DNA of 64,000 nucleotides, taken from assembly GCF_964194155.1 (NCBI RefSeq), contig NC_135901.1, positions 18,662,001 to 18,726,000 of the forward strand. Direction: 5' to 3'. The position numbers and the translations under genes were made by a program. The DNA comes from Cetorhinus maximus. Taxonomy: Eukaryota. Each line of letters opens with the position of its first letter. Position 1 is the stretch's first letter. The notes beneath the pieces are model-generated. The model was not told the DNA's origin and did no database searches. It worked only from the letters and a program-made list of their open reading frames with translations. Shown in pieces: positions 1-11,070 of this stretch.

Positions 1-540
1 TCATTTCCTCTCATGCCCCCCCAGGGATCATCTTGTCCATGAGACCTACTCCTGTTCCATCAACCCTATTCCCTCAAAACTCCAGACCACCCAACTTCCC
101 CATGTATGCTGACTTTGTTAATGGTTCTCTCTTTAAATACTGCCCCTCTTTCCTTCATATCTGCCATCATCACCCCCTCCTCAATAAAAACAATCCTTCA
201 CCTCAGTCGTTGCAAACTACTGCCCCTTCGCACCACCTTTTCTTCTTCAAGGTCTTTCTTACCTCCCAAATCCATGCCCCTCTTTCCTAGAACTCAACCT
301 TTGAATCCCTCCAGTAAGATTTCTGTCTCTGCCACAGTCTCCAAACAACCCTAATTAAAGTCACAAAGTACATCTTATTTGAGTGTGACAAAGGTGAACT
401 ACCCATCATTGTCCTTCCTGGCCTACCTGCAGTCTCTAACATCATTGATCAAACCATCCTCCTGCAATGTCTCTGCATGTTGTCCAGCTGGAAGGGACTG
501 CACACTCCTGATTCCTTTCTTACCTATCTAGTTGTCGTCA
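1..540 (+). mobile_element. L2-clade LINE, decayed RT fragment
   Basis: 330-480 reads as a degenerate HS(T)ETAL(I)KVT...CDKGEL...DLSAAFD(T)IDH(T)ILL, typical of L2 RT; many stops. Confidence 0.7.
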
Positions 541-994
541 GAGGATAACCTGTAGAAACTGTGATTGTTTGAGTTATATTTTTACACACTCGCTCACTTA
601 GTAAGTGCTCAGGTGTCACTGAAGTTTGACAAAATGTTCTGTTATCACGCTCACAGTGACTGCATCTTGCAAACCAAGTCTCTCTAATTACACCAGCCCT
701 TCTGGATAAAATCCAAAGGGAAGAGTAAAAGTTTACAGTCCACCACACAAGCTCTTAGTGCTAAAAAAAAATCTGATACTTCCCATTAAAATGCAAGCAA
801 TACCGACCAGCTGTGTATTGCTCTGTTTCATATTTATTGAAACAGACGCATTGCCAAGATTGGCCAACAGATCCATTGTTGGAAGATGTGGATTGGGAGA
901 TGGATTTTGGCCTTTCTTATTTTGCAATCCTTATGTGATCAGAATCTCCTCCTTACTTCCCCAGATGCCGACAAAGATAAACTAGGACTTGGTT

Positions 995-1410
995 TCCAAT
1001 GGCGGCCGGGTCACCCACAATCCCGTGCGTCCCAGAAACCACTCTATCTGCCGCGGGTTGGCGGGCAGTTACGCGCATGCTCGGAGGGTCCTGGTCTCTT
1101 TGTTTGAGATTGTTCCCGGAGAGAAGCCGGAAGCGGCGGATAGTGAGAGTGGAGAATGTTCATTGTTTAATATTCGGCTCTGGGGCCGCACTCGGGATTC
1201 GTAAACCCCGCCCGGGGTTTATTAACCCGCTCCCGACAGTGACCCCTCACCTGACAGCTCACAATGCCCGGCTGATTGACAGCAGCTCCGGTCCAATAGG
1301 AGAGGAGGCAGGAGTGGAGGACCAAACAAGGAGGGGCTGTTCCTCTAACCAATCGGAGTGAATGAGGGGGCGGGGCTGAGCCTGGACCTCTCTGATTGGC
1401 TGAAATTCCG
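995..1410. promoter_or_regulatory. CpG-rich promoter / non-coding first-exon module (arm A + CCAAT block)
   Basis: YY1-like aatggcggc 998-1006, NRF1-like gcgcatgc 1073-1080, ETS ccggaagc 1127-1134, minus-strand donor (gctgtcag|gtgagg) ~1246-1252, CCAAT 1293 and 1349, GC box 1367-1375, ATTGG 1395; near-identical to 25354-25560. Confidence 0.7.
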
Positions 1411-1617
1411 CATCATTTTGAAAACTTATTTGTCTAAAATTCAAGTGCCCCGTGTAAAACATTAAAGATGATTTTTTTCCAATAATTTATATAGTTTTCT
1501 TTTCCCACCTATTTCCATTATTTTTAAATGTATTTCCATTCATTGTTTTATCTCTACCTTTTAGCCTTTTTCGATCCCTTCCCCTCACCCCACCCCTACT
1601 AGGGTTATCTGTACCTT

Positions 1618-1652
1618 CTGTTGAAGGGTCATGTGGACCCGAAACGTCGACT
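1618..1652 (+). ncRNA. Minimal type I hammerhead ribozyme motif (CUGUUGA variant)
   Basis: CTGTTGA-a-GGGTC-atgtg-GACCC-GAAA-CGTC-gact; perfect stem II; 5' strand of stem I truncated by the insertion edge. Confidence 0.55.
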
Positions 1653-1968
1653 CTTTTCTTCTCCACCGATGCTGCCAGACCTGCTGAGTTTTTTCCAGGT
1701 AATTCTGTTTTTGTTTTGGATTTTCAGCATCTGCAGTAGTTTTTTGTTTTTATCTGTACCTTGCTTGTCCTGCTTTCTACCCTCAATTAGCACATTCCTT
1801 AGATAATTTCACCACCTTCAACACCTCTTTGTCTATGACATCTTTTGGCAATCTCCACCTATCGCTGGCCCTCTATCCAGCTCTACCTGTCCCCCCCCCC
1901 CCCCCCCCCCCGCCCCACCCCCGCCACCTTAAACCAGCTTATATTTCACCTCTTTTCTATTTTTCCTT

Positions 1969-2007
1969 AGTTCTGTTGAAGGGTCATGCGGACTCGAAAC
2001 TTTAACT
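1969..2007 (+). ncRNA. Degenerate minimal hammerhead motif
   Basis: agtt-CTGTTGA-a-GGGTC-atgcg-GACTC-GAAA-cttt-aact; ACGU palindrome mutated. Confidence 0.4.
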
Positions 2008-2520
2008 GTGTTCCTCTCTGCAGATGCTGCCAGACCTGCTGAGTTTTTCCAGGTATTTTTGTTTTTGTTTTGGATTTCCAGCATCCACAGCTTTTTGCTT
2101 TTATATTATTAAAGATGATTTGTTGTTGTGAACTGCATTATTTGGTAGAATTAGAGTGAAGGAGTGGGATTTATCCACAGCCTGAGTCACAAGTTTAAGG
2201 ACAGGAAGAGACAGAACTTGGAGAGGAGAAAAGAATAAGTTGGAGACTGGACACTGAATCTGGAACAATGAGCAAACAGGAAGAGGAGTGTGTGGGACAG
2301 AGATTAAAGATTTGTGGGAATGAAAGGGGGGCAAATGTTCCATAGAAACTAGAATTGTCTGTTCTGGATATACAGGGATAACTTTTGTAAACTCCATTTA
2401 CATGGGGTTAGAAGGGGAGGATTTGCAGACAGGAAACTCAAACCAAAAATCTCAACAAGATCTTATGCAATCACTTCATTCATATAAGGTCAGCTTCTAA
2501 TTAGGGAAGGAGAAATAATT

Positions 2521-2717
2521 AGATAAAAGCAAAATACTGCAGATATTGGAAGTCTGAAACAAAAACAAAAGTAGCTGGAAAAATTCAGCAGGTCTGACAG
2601 CATCTGCGGAGAGGATGTTTTTCTGATGATGAGTCATACGGGACTCGAAACGTTAACTGTGTTCCTGTCCGCAGATGGTGTCAGACCTGCTGAGTTTTTC
2701 CAGCTATTTCTGTTTTT
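2521..2717. mobile_element. Penelope-type insertion with two inverted arms
   Basis: Arms 2525-2614 and 2623-2717 are mutually reverse-complementary; 15-bp TSD gaaggagaaataatt at 2506-2520 and 2718-2732. Confidence 0.8.
2623..2658 (+). ncRNA. Minimal hammerhead motif with canonical core
   Basis: CTGATGA-t-GAGTC-atacgg-GACTC-GAAA-CGTT-aact. Confidence 0.6.
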
Positions 2718-2965
2718 GAAGGAGAAATAATTGTTTGTTTTGCCTGTGGTTTAAATTATCATTGAAATTGGAAAAGCACCGAGGCACGCATATCAAAGTG
2801 AGAGTCTTTCAGTGAACTGAGTGTGGAAAGAGCTTTAACCAGTTTCACAGCCTGATAAAACCACACCAATCAAAGTGTGGAGAAGCCACACATAAGTTGT
2901 GTGTGGACAAGGCTCCAATCGATCATCCAACCTGGAGAGACACAAAGAAACTTGCACCATGGAGA

Positions 2966-3160
2966 AATCAGGTATGATAGATCAGAAAGAAACAAGAGAA
3001 AGTTGCAAGTCAGGGCTAGGACAATGGAAAACTTCAGAGACAGCTGGGCCAGGTGCGCTAGTGGAAGCAGCAGAGGCAGCTGATCGGATTGTCTCAATCT
3101 TAGTGACAAAAAAGCTCCATGAGCTCCTCACGTTTGTTGTTGGAAGTGAGGGTGGAGGAG
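2966..3160 (-). mobile_element. L2 LINE fragment
   Basis: Homologous to 57640-57840, which is part of the L2 at 56430-57840. Confidence 0.6.
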
Positions 3161-3286
3161 ACGGGAGATTGAAAGCCCTTCAAAAGGATCTAACTTGTGT
3201 TACAGATAGTAAAAAGAGACTCAATACACTGTGTACTTAACACAAAATGATTTATTTGACTTATATCAACAACTTAACTGCCATAA

Positions 3287-3670
3287 TAAAAATTGAAAAT
3301 GCTGGAAATCGTCAGCAGGTCTGACAACATCTGTGGAGAGAGAAACAGACTTAATGTTTCAAGTCCATATGACTCTTCTTTAGAGCTAAAGAGAAGTAGA
3401 AATGTGTTGGAATTTATACTGTTTAAGGGGGCTGGAGCAAGTAAAGCAGGATAGGTCAGCGACAGGTGGAGGCTAAGGAGAGATAGACAAAGATGTCATG
3501 GACAAAAGACAAAGGGAGTGTTAATGGCAGTGGTGAAGACTAAAGAAGGTGCTGATAGTGGCACAAAGGTAAGAAAGCAGAATGTGTGAATAGCAGGACA
3601 AAAGTCAGCATTCTGTGAAAGAACAACATAGAAACAAGTGACAGATGGCCCTGTTGAGGGAGGGGGGAGG
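3287..3670 (-). mobile_element. Penelope-like terminal fragment (older subfamily)
   Basis: TSD tgccataa 3279-3286 / 3671-3678; absent from the paralogous flank at ~57960; degenerate hammerhead ~3353-3388. Confidence 0.7.
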
Positions 3671-3781
3671 TGCCATAACTGGGCTGGAGTTTATTAACAT
3701 CAGCAGAAACAGACCCCAATGAACAGAGTTTATTGTCACATAGTCCTGTATGTGGTTAACATCAAAATTCAATCACTGTTG

Positions 3782-4567
3782 TTACTCATGAACTCGCTGA
3801 TGTTTCAGCAAGTCAGGTGACCGAGTGAATCCCTTCCCACACTTGGAGCAGATGAAAGGTCTCCCTCCAGTGTGCACTCGCTGGTGTGACAGCAGGCTGG
3901 ATGACTGAGTGAATCCCTTCCCACAGTCAGAGCAGGTGAACGGCCTCTCTGCAGTGTGAAGTCGCTGGTGTATCAGCAGGACGGATGAACGAGTGAATCC
4001 CTTCCCACAACCCATGCAGGTAAACGGTCTCTCCCCAGTGTGAGTGCGCTGGTGTACAGTGAGTTCATCTGATCGCCTGAATCTAGTGCTGCAGTGACAG
4101 CAGCTGAACGGTCTCTCCCCAGTGTGAATTCGCCGGTGCGTCAGCAGGCTGGATGACTGAGTAAATCCCTTCCCGCACTCAGAGCAGGTGAATGGCCTCT
4201 CCCCAGTGTGAGTGCGTCGATGTGTCAGCAGGTGGGATTTAACTGAGAATCCCTTCCCACACTCAGAGCAGGTGAACGGCCTCTCCCCAGTGTGAACCCG
4301 CTGGTGCGTCAGCAAGTCAGATGACCGAGTAAATCCCTTCCCACACTCTGAGCAGGTGAATGGTCTCTCCCCAGTGTGAACCCGCTGGTGTGTCAGCAGG
4401 TTGGATGACTGAGTAAATCCCTTCCCACACTGGGAGCAGGTGAACGGCCTCTGCCCAGTGTGAATGCGTCGATGAATTTCCAGCAAAGACGGGGTTATGA
4501 ATCCCTTTCCACAGTCCCCACATTTCCACTGTCTCTCCCCACTGTGAACGGTGTTTTTTCCTTCCAT
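3782..4567 (-). CDS. C2H2 zinc-finger protein, 9 tandem fingers, no KRAB
   Basis: Open 261-aa ORF from ATG 4567; 9 CxxC-x12-HxxxH fingers with TGERPF-type linkers; acceptor cacag| at ~4676; minus-strand AATAAA at 3689 and 3251. Confidence 0.9.
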   Translation of the reverse strand: MEGKNTVHSGERQWKCGDCGKGFITPSLLEIHRRIHTGQRPFTCSQCGKGFTQSSNLLTHQRVHTGERPFTCSECGKGFTRSSDLLTHQRVHTGERPFTCSECGKGFSVKSHLLTHRRTHTGERPFTCSECGKGFTQSSSLLTHRRIHTGERPFSCCHCSTRFRRSDELTVHQRTHTGERPFTCMGCGKGFTRSSVLLIHQRLHTAERPFTCSDCGKGFTQSSSLLSHQRVHTGGRPFICSKCGKGFTRSPDLLKHQRVHE

Positions 4568-4729
4568 TTCAAAATCTGATAATATTCAGGTTACGATAGA
4601 TTGGGTGACTCGGTCAGATCCTGATGTGATGTTTGATTTGAGTTTCCTGGCTGAAAATCCTTCCCTTCTAATACTCTGTGAAATGGATTTAAAATAGAAA
4701 AAAGTGTGAGAGAGAACCCACAAAAACAG

Positions 4730-4870
4730 GTTGTGAAATTGAGCTGAATGAATCTGGCAATTTGTGGCACTAGCAAAAAGTGGCCATAAAAGCTGCTGGA
4801 TTGTAATAAAAACCCAACTAGATCAGTAATGCCCTTCAGGAGGGAACCTGCCACGCCTGGTCTGGGCCCA
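4730..4870 (+). mobile_element. Decayed SINE body in the ZNF intron, shared with paralogs
   Basis: Similar to SINE bodies at 49590-49840 and 54460-54760; same position at 59260-59400 and (reverse complement) 27650-27780. Confidence 0.55.
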
Positions 4871-4934
4871 CACAAGAATCTGGTCTTCATAAGAGGAGAC
4901 TGATAGAGAGAGAGAGACAGAGAGAGAGAGAATT

Positions 4935-6695
4935 ACAGAATTGTTACAGTGCAGAAGGATTCCATTTGGCCCATCATGTGTGCACTGGCTCTCTGAATGA
5001 GCATTTCATCTAGTGCCTTTCTCCTACCTTCTCCCATAACCCTGCAGATAGTTTCTTTTCAAATAATCATCTAATTCCTTCTTGGATACTTTTATTGAAC
5101 CTTCCTCCAACACAATCTTAGGCAGTGCATTCCAGACCCTAACCACTTGCTGTGTAAAAAAGTTTTTTCTCGTATAGTTTTTGCATCTTTTACCAATCAG
5201 CTTAAATCTGTGTCCTCTGGTTCTCGATCCTTCTGCCAATGGGTACAGTTGCTCTCTATCTATTCATGCTTTTCAACACGTCTATCAAATCTCCTCTCAG
5301 CCTTCTTTTCTCCGAGGAGAACCATCCCAACTTCTCCAATCTATCTTCATAACCGAAATCTCTTATCCCTGGAACCATTCTTGTAAACCTCCTCTGCACT
5401 CCCTCCAGTGCCTTCACATCCTTCCTGAAATGCAGTGCCCAGAATACTCCAGCTGAGGTCTAACTAGTGTATTACACAAGCTCAGTGTAACCTCCTTGCT
5501 CAAGCATTCTGTGCCCCTATTAATAAAGCCCAGGATGCCATGTGCTATTAACTGATCTCTTAAACCGTCCTGCCACCTCTAATGATTTATGCACACAGAT
5601 ACCCAGGTCCCTTATGCTCCCGCATCCCCTTTGCTGTTGTACCCTTTATTTTATATTGTCTCTCCAAGATTTTCCAAACGAAATGCATCACCTCAGACTT
5701 CGCTGCATTAAATTTCATCTGCCATTGTTCCGCCCTTTCCATCAACTTGTTTATGTCGTCTTGAAGTTCTACGCTAGCCTCCTCACAGTTTACAATGCTT
5801 CCAAGTTTTGTATCGTATGCAAATTCATAATATTGCTCACTATACACCAAGGTTTAAATCATTTATCTGTCAGGAAAAGCAAGGGTTCCAATACCGACCC
5901 CTCAGAAACTCCACTACAAATCTTCCTCCAGCCCGGAAAACATCCATTAACCATTACTCTCTGTCTCCTAAACAAAAACAGAAATACCTGGAAAAACTCA
6001 GCAGGTCTGGCAGCATCGGCGGAGAACAACAAAGTTGACATTTCGAGTCCTCATGACCCTTCAACAGAACTAAGTAAAAATAGGAGAGGGGTGAAGCTGG
6101 TTTAAGGTGGGGGGAGAAGTGGAGGGGGGGGGGGGCGTAGTTGTAGGGACAAGCAAGCAGTGATAGGAGCAGATAACCAAAAGATGTCACAGACAAAAGA
6201 ACAAAGAGATGTTGAAGGTGGTGATATTATCTAAAAGAGTGTGTTAATTAAGAATGGATAGCAGGACAAGCAAGGTACAGATAGCTCTAGTGGGGGTGGG
6301 GTGAAATAAGACCAAAAGGGCATAAAAGGTATAGATTTAAAAATAATGGAAATAGGTGGGAAAAGAAAAATCTATATAAATTATTGGAATTATATAAATT
6401 ATATAAATATAAACCAGCTTATATTTCGCCCCTCTCCTATTTTTACATAGTTCTGTTGAAGGGTCATGAGGACTCGAAATGTCAACTTTGTTGTTCTCCG
6501 CCGATGCTGCCAGACCTGCTGAGTTTTTCCAGGTATTTCTGTTTTTGTTTTCGATTTCCAGCATCCGCAATTTTGTTTTTAACTCTCTGTTTCCTGTCAC
6601 TCTGCCAATTCCGTATCCATGTTGTTGCTGTCGGTTTTATTCCATGAGTTATAATTTTTCTCACAAGTCTGTTGTGTGACACTGTATCAAATGCC
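4935..6695 (-). mobile_element. CR1 LINE 3' fragment interrupted by a Penelope-type insert
   Basis: RT motifs (FAYDTKLG, WQMKFN, RTRGHRFK, FFTQQVVRVWNALP) in the ORF track; CR1 tail at ~4935. Confidence 0.85.
5970..6581. mobile_element. Penelope-like insertion with inverted terminal arms
   Basis: 5971-6110 is the reverse complement of ~6410-6550; TSD actctctgt(c/t)tcct 5956-5969 / 6582-6595; hammerhead motifs at 6033-6071 (-) and 6449-6487 (+). Confidence 0.8.
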
Positions 6696-6779
6696 TAGAG
6701 AGAGGTGGAGAAGCAGCAGGCGAAGTTGTTTCAAAGAGGCGGGACTGGAGGACTGATGAAGTCATCTAGTCCTCCCACC

Positions 6780-7330
6780 AATTAGGGTGCCTGTTTAGGG
6801 CGGGGTTTGCAGCATTAAGTGGGCGGGGCTGAGCGGTGAACTCCCTCTCGCTGCCTGGCCCAATATTGCCCCTTACAAAAATGGCGGCTGCACATTGCCC
6901 CCTATAAAAATGGCGACCGTGAACCCGGGCCACCAACCGGAAATGCCGCCCCGAAATGTGGCCAAAGCGGGACAGGTAGGTTCCTTTTTTGGTACTTGAG
7001 GCCTCCACTGAGTGTTTATCAAGCCTTTCCACCCATTCCGCCGCCTCCATTATCCTCCTACAATCGACTGTTACTCACCTGTTGCAGAGTCGAGATAACT
7101 CCCTCCCTGCGCCTCCAGCACCCACAATACGCATGCTCGAGCCACAACCCGCTAATGCGCCTGCGCAACGGTCTCCCGCAGCGGGTTTTGGGCGTAGTCT
7201 CTTTCGCCGCGAATGCTGGGTAAAACCCCGCCATATAAAGGCGACGTTGTTGAAATGAAAATTACGTTTAGTGATACAATTACGATTGGGGCCATGGAGC
7301 CAAGATATAAAATTATTAAAACAAGTAGTA
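6780..7330 (-). promoter_or_regulatory. CpG promoter / first exon (arm B) of ZNF 3782-4567
   Basis: Minus-strand donor caacag|gtgagt ~7074-7085; NRF1-like motifs 7130-7168; two YY1-like aaaatggcg ~6877 and ~6907; homologous to 33340-33810 and (reverse complement) 25620-25800. Confidence 0.65.
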
Positions 7331-7342
7331 CAGTATACTAAA

Positions 7343-8790
7343 CTTAAAAGAAGTGGCTGCAGAGATAATCGATGCATCGTTTATAATCCTCCAAAATTCC
7401 TAAGATTCTGGAAAGATCCTAATGGTTTGGAAAATAGCTAATATAATATCGTTATTCAAGAAAATATGGAGACAGAAGCAGGAATCTTCAGGGCCATTCG
7501 CCTAACATCTGTCATAGAGAAATTGCTAGAATCCATCATTAAGGAGTTTATAGCACGACACTTGGAAAATCATAATGTGATCAGGCAGAGTCAATATGGC
7601 TTTCTGAAGGGAAATCATATTTAGCTAATTTATTAGTTTTTTGAGGAAGTAACAAGCAACGTGGAAAAAAGGGGAGCCTGTAGATGTGGTGTACTTGGGT
7701 TTCCAAAAGCCATTTAATAAGGTGCCACATCAAAGCTTCCTACACAAGATTAGAGAACATGGTGTAGGAGATAAAATATTAGCGTGGGTGAAGGCTTATG
7801 AGCTAACAGGAAGCAGAGTAGGGATAAATGACTCTTTTTCAGGATGGCAAGATGTAACTACTGGAGTGCCATAGGGATCAATGCTGGGGCCTCAACTATT
7901 TACAATCTACATCAATGATTTGGATAAAGGGACTGAATTTATGGTTACTACATTTGCCAATGACACCAAAGTAGGTAGATCTTAAAAGAAGTGGCGGCAC
8001 AGATTGCAGATGCATTGCTTATAGTCTTCCAAATTTCCTTAGATTCTGGAAAGGTTCCCAGGGATTGGAAAATAGCAAATGCAACATTGTTATTCAAGAA
8101 AGGAGGGAGGCAGAAAGCAGGAAACTATAGGCCAGTTAGCATAACATCAGTCACAGGGAAAGTGCTAGAATCCATTATTGAGGAGGTTAAAGCAAGATAC
8201 TTAGATAATCAAAATTTGATCAGGTAGAGCCAACATGGCTTTGTGAAAGGGAAATTGTGTTTAACTAATCTGTTAGACTTTTTTTGATGAAGTAACATTC
8301 AAGGTAGATACAGGGAAACCAACAGATATGGTGTACTTGGATTTGCAGAAGGCATTTGATAAGGTGCCACATAACAGATTGCTGCACAATATAAGAGCAC
8401 ATGGTGTAAGAGGTAATATATTAGCATGGATAAATGATTGGTTGGCTAACAGAAAGCAGAAAGTAGGGATAAATCTGTCTCTTTCGGATTGGCAAGCTGT
8501 AACTAGTGAAGTGCTACAGGGATCATTGCTGGGTCCTCAACAATTTACAATCTACATCAATGACTTGGATGAAGGGTCCGAATGTATGGCAGCTAAATTT
8601 GCTTATGACATCAATATAGATAGGAAAAGAAGTTGTCAAGAGGAAGTAGAGAGTCTGCAAAGTGATATGGACAGGTTAAGTGCGTGGGCAAAAATTTGAC
8701 AGATGGAAGATAACGTGGGAAAATGTGAACTTGTTTACTCTGGCAGGAAGAATAGAAAAACAGTCTACAATACAAGTGGAGAGCAGAACT
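7343..8790 (+). mobile_element. Two tandem CR1 RT fragments (7343-7980, 7981-8790)
   Basis: Both start cttaaaagaagtggc; motifs GNYRPVS, YLDxQKAFDKVPH, QGSxLGP, KFAxD. Confidence 0.85.
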
Positions 8791-8809
8791 CAGTAGTACA
8801 GAGGGCTCT

Positions 8810-10810
8810 GGTCCTCGAGCCCATTCTGCCATTCAATAAGATCATGGCTGATCTGATTGTGGCCTCAACTCTACATTCCAGCTACCCCCGATAACCTTTG
8901 GCTCCCTTGTTAGTCAAGATTAGCCAAGTTCCTCAGGGTAGTGTCCTAGGCCTAATCATCTTCAGCTGCCTCATCAATGACCGACCTTCCATCATAAGGT
9001 CAGAAGTGCGGATGTTTGCTGATGATTGTACAATGTTCAGAACCATTCTGGACTCCTCAAATACTGAAGCAGTCCATGCCCAAATGCAGCAAGACCTGCA
9101 CAATATCCAGGCATGGGCTGACAAGAGGCAAGTAACACTTACACCACACAACTGCCAGGCAATGACCATCTCCAACAAGAAAGAATCTAACTTCTACATT
9201 CAATGGCATTACCATCACTGAATCCTCCACTGTCAACATCCTGGGGGTTACCTTTGACCACATCATTGAACTGGACTAGGATATAAATACTGTGGCCACA
9301 AGAGCAGGTCAGAGACTCGGAATCGTGCGGCAAGTAACTCAACTCCTGACTTCCCAAAGTCTGTCCACCATCTACAAGACACAAGTCAGGAGTGTGAAGA
9401 AATACTCCCCACTTGCCTGGATGAGTGCACCTCCAACAACACTCATGAAGCTTCATCCAGGACAAAGCAGTCTGCTTGATTGGCACTCCATCCACAAACA
9501 TTCACTCCCTGCACCACCCACGTACAGTGGCAGCAGTGTATACCATCTACATGATGCACTGCAGAAACTTACCAAGGCTCCTTAGGCAGCATCTTCCATA
9601 CCCTAGAAGTGATCTAGAAGGACAAGGGCAGCAGATAGATGGGAACACCACCACCTGGAAGTTCCCCTCCAAACCACTCACCATCCTGACTTAGAAATAT
9701 ATCGCCATTATTGCACTGTCATTGGGTCAAAATCCTGGAACTCCCTCCCTAACAGCCCTGTGGGTATACCTACATGGACCACAGTAGTTCAAGAAGGCAA
9801 CTTCTCAAGGGAATTTCGGGATGGAGCAACAAATCCTGGTCTAGCCAGTAACAGCCACATCTCATGAATGAATAAGAAAAAATCTACTACTGCCTTTAAA
9901 ATATTCATTGACTCTGCCTCCACTGTTCTTTGGGGAAGAGAGTTCCAAAGATTCACAACCGGCTGAGAGAAAAAAATTCTTCTCATCTCCATCTTAAATG
10001 GTAGACCCCTTACTTTAAAATGTGCCCCCTAGTTCTAGTTTCTCCCACGAGGGGAAACATCCTTTCAGTATCTACCCTGTCAAGTCCTTTCAGGATCTTA
10101 TATATTTCAGGAAGATCACCTCTCCATTTTCTAAACTTCAATGGATACAGGCCCAGCCTGTCCAACCTTTCCTCGTAAGATAACCTCTTTCATCCTAGGA
10201 ATCAACCAAGTGAACCTTCTCTGAAACGCTTCTAATGCATTTATATCCTTTCTTAAATAAGGAGACCAAAACTGTACACAGTACTCCAGATGTGGTCTTA
10301 CCAAAGCCCTGTAGAACTGTAGCAAAACATCCCTACTTTTATATTCCATTCCCCTTGCAATAAACAACAACATTCCATTTGCCTTCCTAATCACTTGCTG
10401 TACCTGTAGACTAACCTTTCCTGATTCACGTACCAGGGCACCCAGATCTCTCTGCACTTCAGAGTTCTGCAATCTCTCTCCATTTAAATAATATTCTGCT
10501 TTCTATTCTTTCTGCCAAAGTGCACAAGTTCACTTTTCCTACATTATACTCCATCTACTTGTCCACTGTCTTCTATATAAATAGTTGAGGTTCTATACAA
10601 ATAGTATATTTTATACTTACATATAAATAGTTGTTATATGTGAGGCTCCAGCACTGATGCCTGATGCACTCCACTCATCACAGCTTGTCAACCTGAAAAA
10701 GACCCACTTATTGCTACTCTCTGCTTCCAGTTAGCTAAGCAATCCACTATCCATGCTAATGTGTTATCCCCTACACCATGAGCTTTTTTTTTTGCATAGT
10801 AACCTTAGTG
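8810..10810 (-). mobile_element. CR1 3' fragment split by the LINE at 8921-9880
   Basis: Tail at 8810-8920; RT C-terminus (VRPHLEYCVQFWSP) at 10131-10472; further RT piece to ~10810. Confidence 0.8.
8921..9880 (+). mobile_element. 5'-truncated CR1-group LINE (FADDCT subfamily)
   Basis: QVPQGSVLG...MFADDCTMF; 3' end gggatg...cacatctcatgaatgaataag; same family as 40730-41600. Confidence 0.8.
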
Positions 10811-10894
10811 GCACGTCACCAAATAATGCTATGGGTATTGGTGAATGGAGCTGTAGAGGGCAATTGAAGCAGGAAGTGAGGAGGGGAAACCATA

Positions 10895-11070
10895 TAAAAG
10901 TTCACTAATGACCTTTAGGGAAGGAAATCTGCCATTCTTACCTGGCCTGGCCTACACGAGACTCCAGACCACAGCAATGTGGTTGACTCTTAACTACTCT
11001 CAAATGGAAATTAAGGATGGGCAACAAATGCTGGCACTGCCTGCGATACCCATCCCAGGAAAGAATAAAG
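10895..11070 (+). mobile_element. SINE body/tail sharing its 3' end with the FADDCT LINE
   Basis: gttcactaatg..tttagggaaggaaatctgcc...aattaaggatgggcaacaaatgctggc; also at 49590-49840 and 54460-54760. Confidence 0.7.

Larger units (their letters stand above)
1480..2105 (+). mobile_element. Penelope-like element terminal fragment containing a nested second copy (1618-1749)
   Basis: Reverse complement of 5971-6390; nested 132-bp copy flanked by 13-bp TSD ttatctgtacctt (1605-1617 / 1750-1762). Confidence 0.7.
2280..2965 (+). pseudogene. Truncated C2H2 ZNF pseudogene (leader plus dead N-terminal fingers)
   Basis: Homologous to 48000-48480 (leader GLEGEDLQTGNSNQ..., then ...[15 protein letters not shown]); interrupted by a Penelope-type insert and cut off at ~2965. 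Confidence 0.75.

Noticed and set aside
1890-1925. Poly-C tract as a functional G-quadruplex
   Set aside because: Variable homopolymer belonging to the Penelope fragment (compare 6110-6136, 25881-25893)
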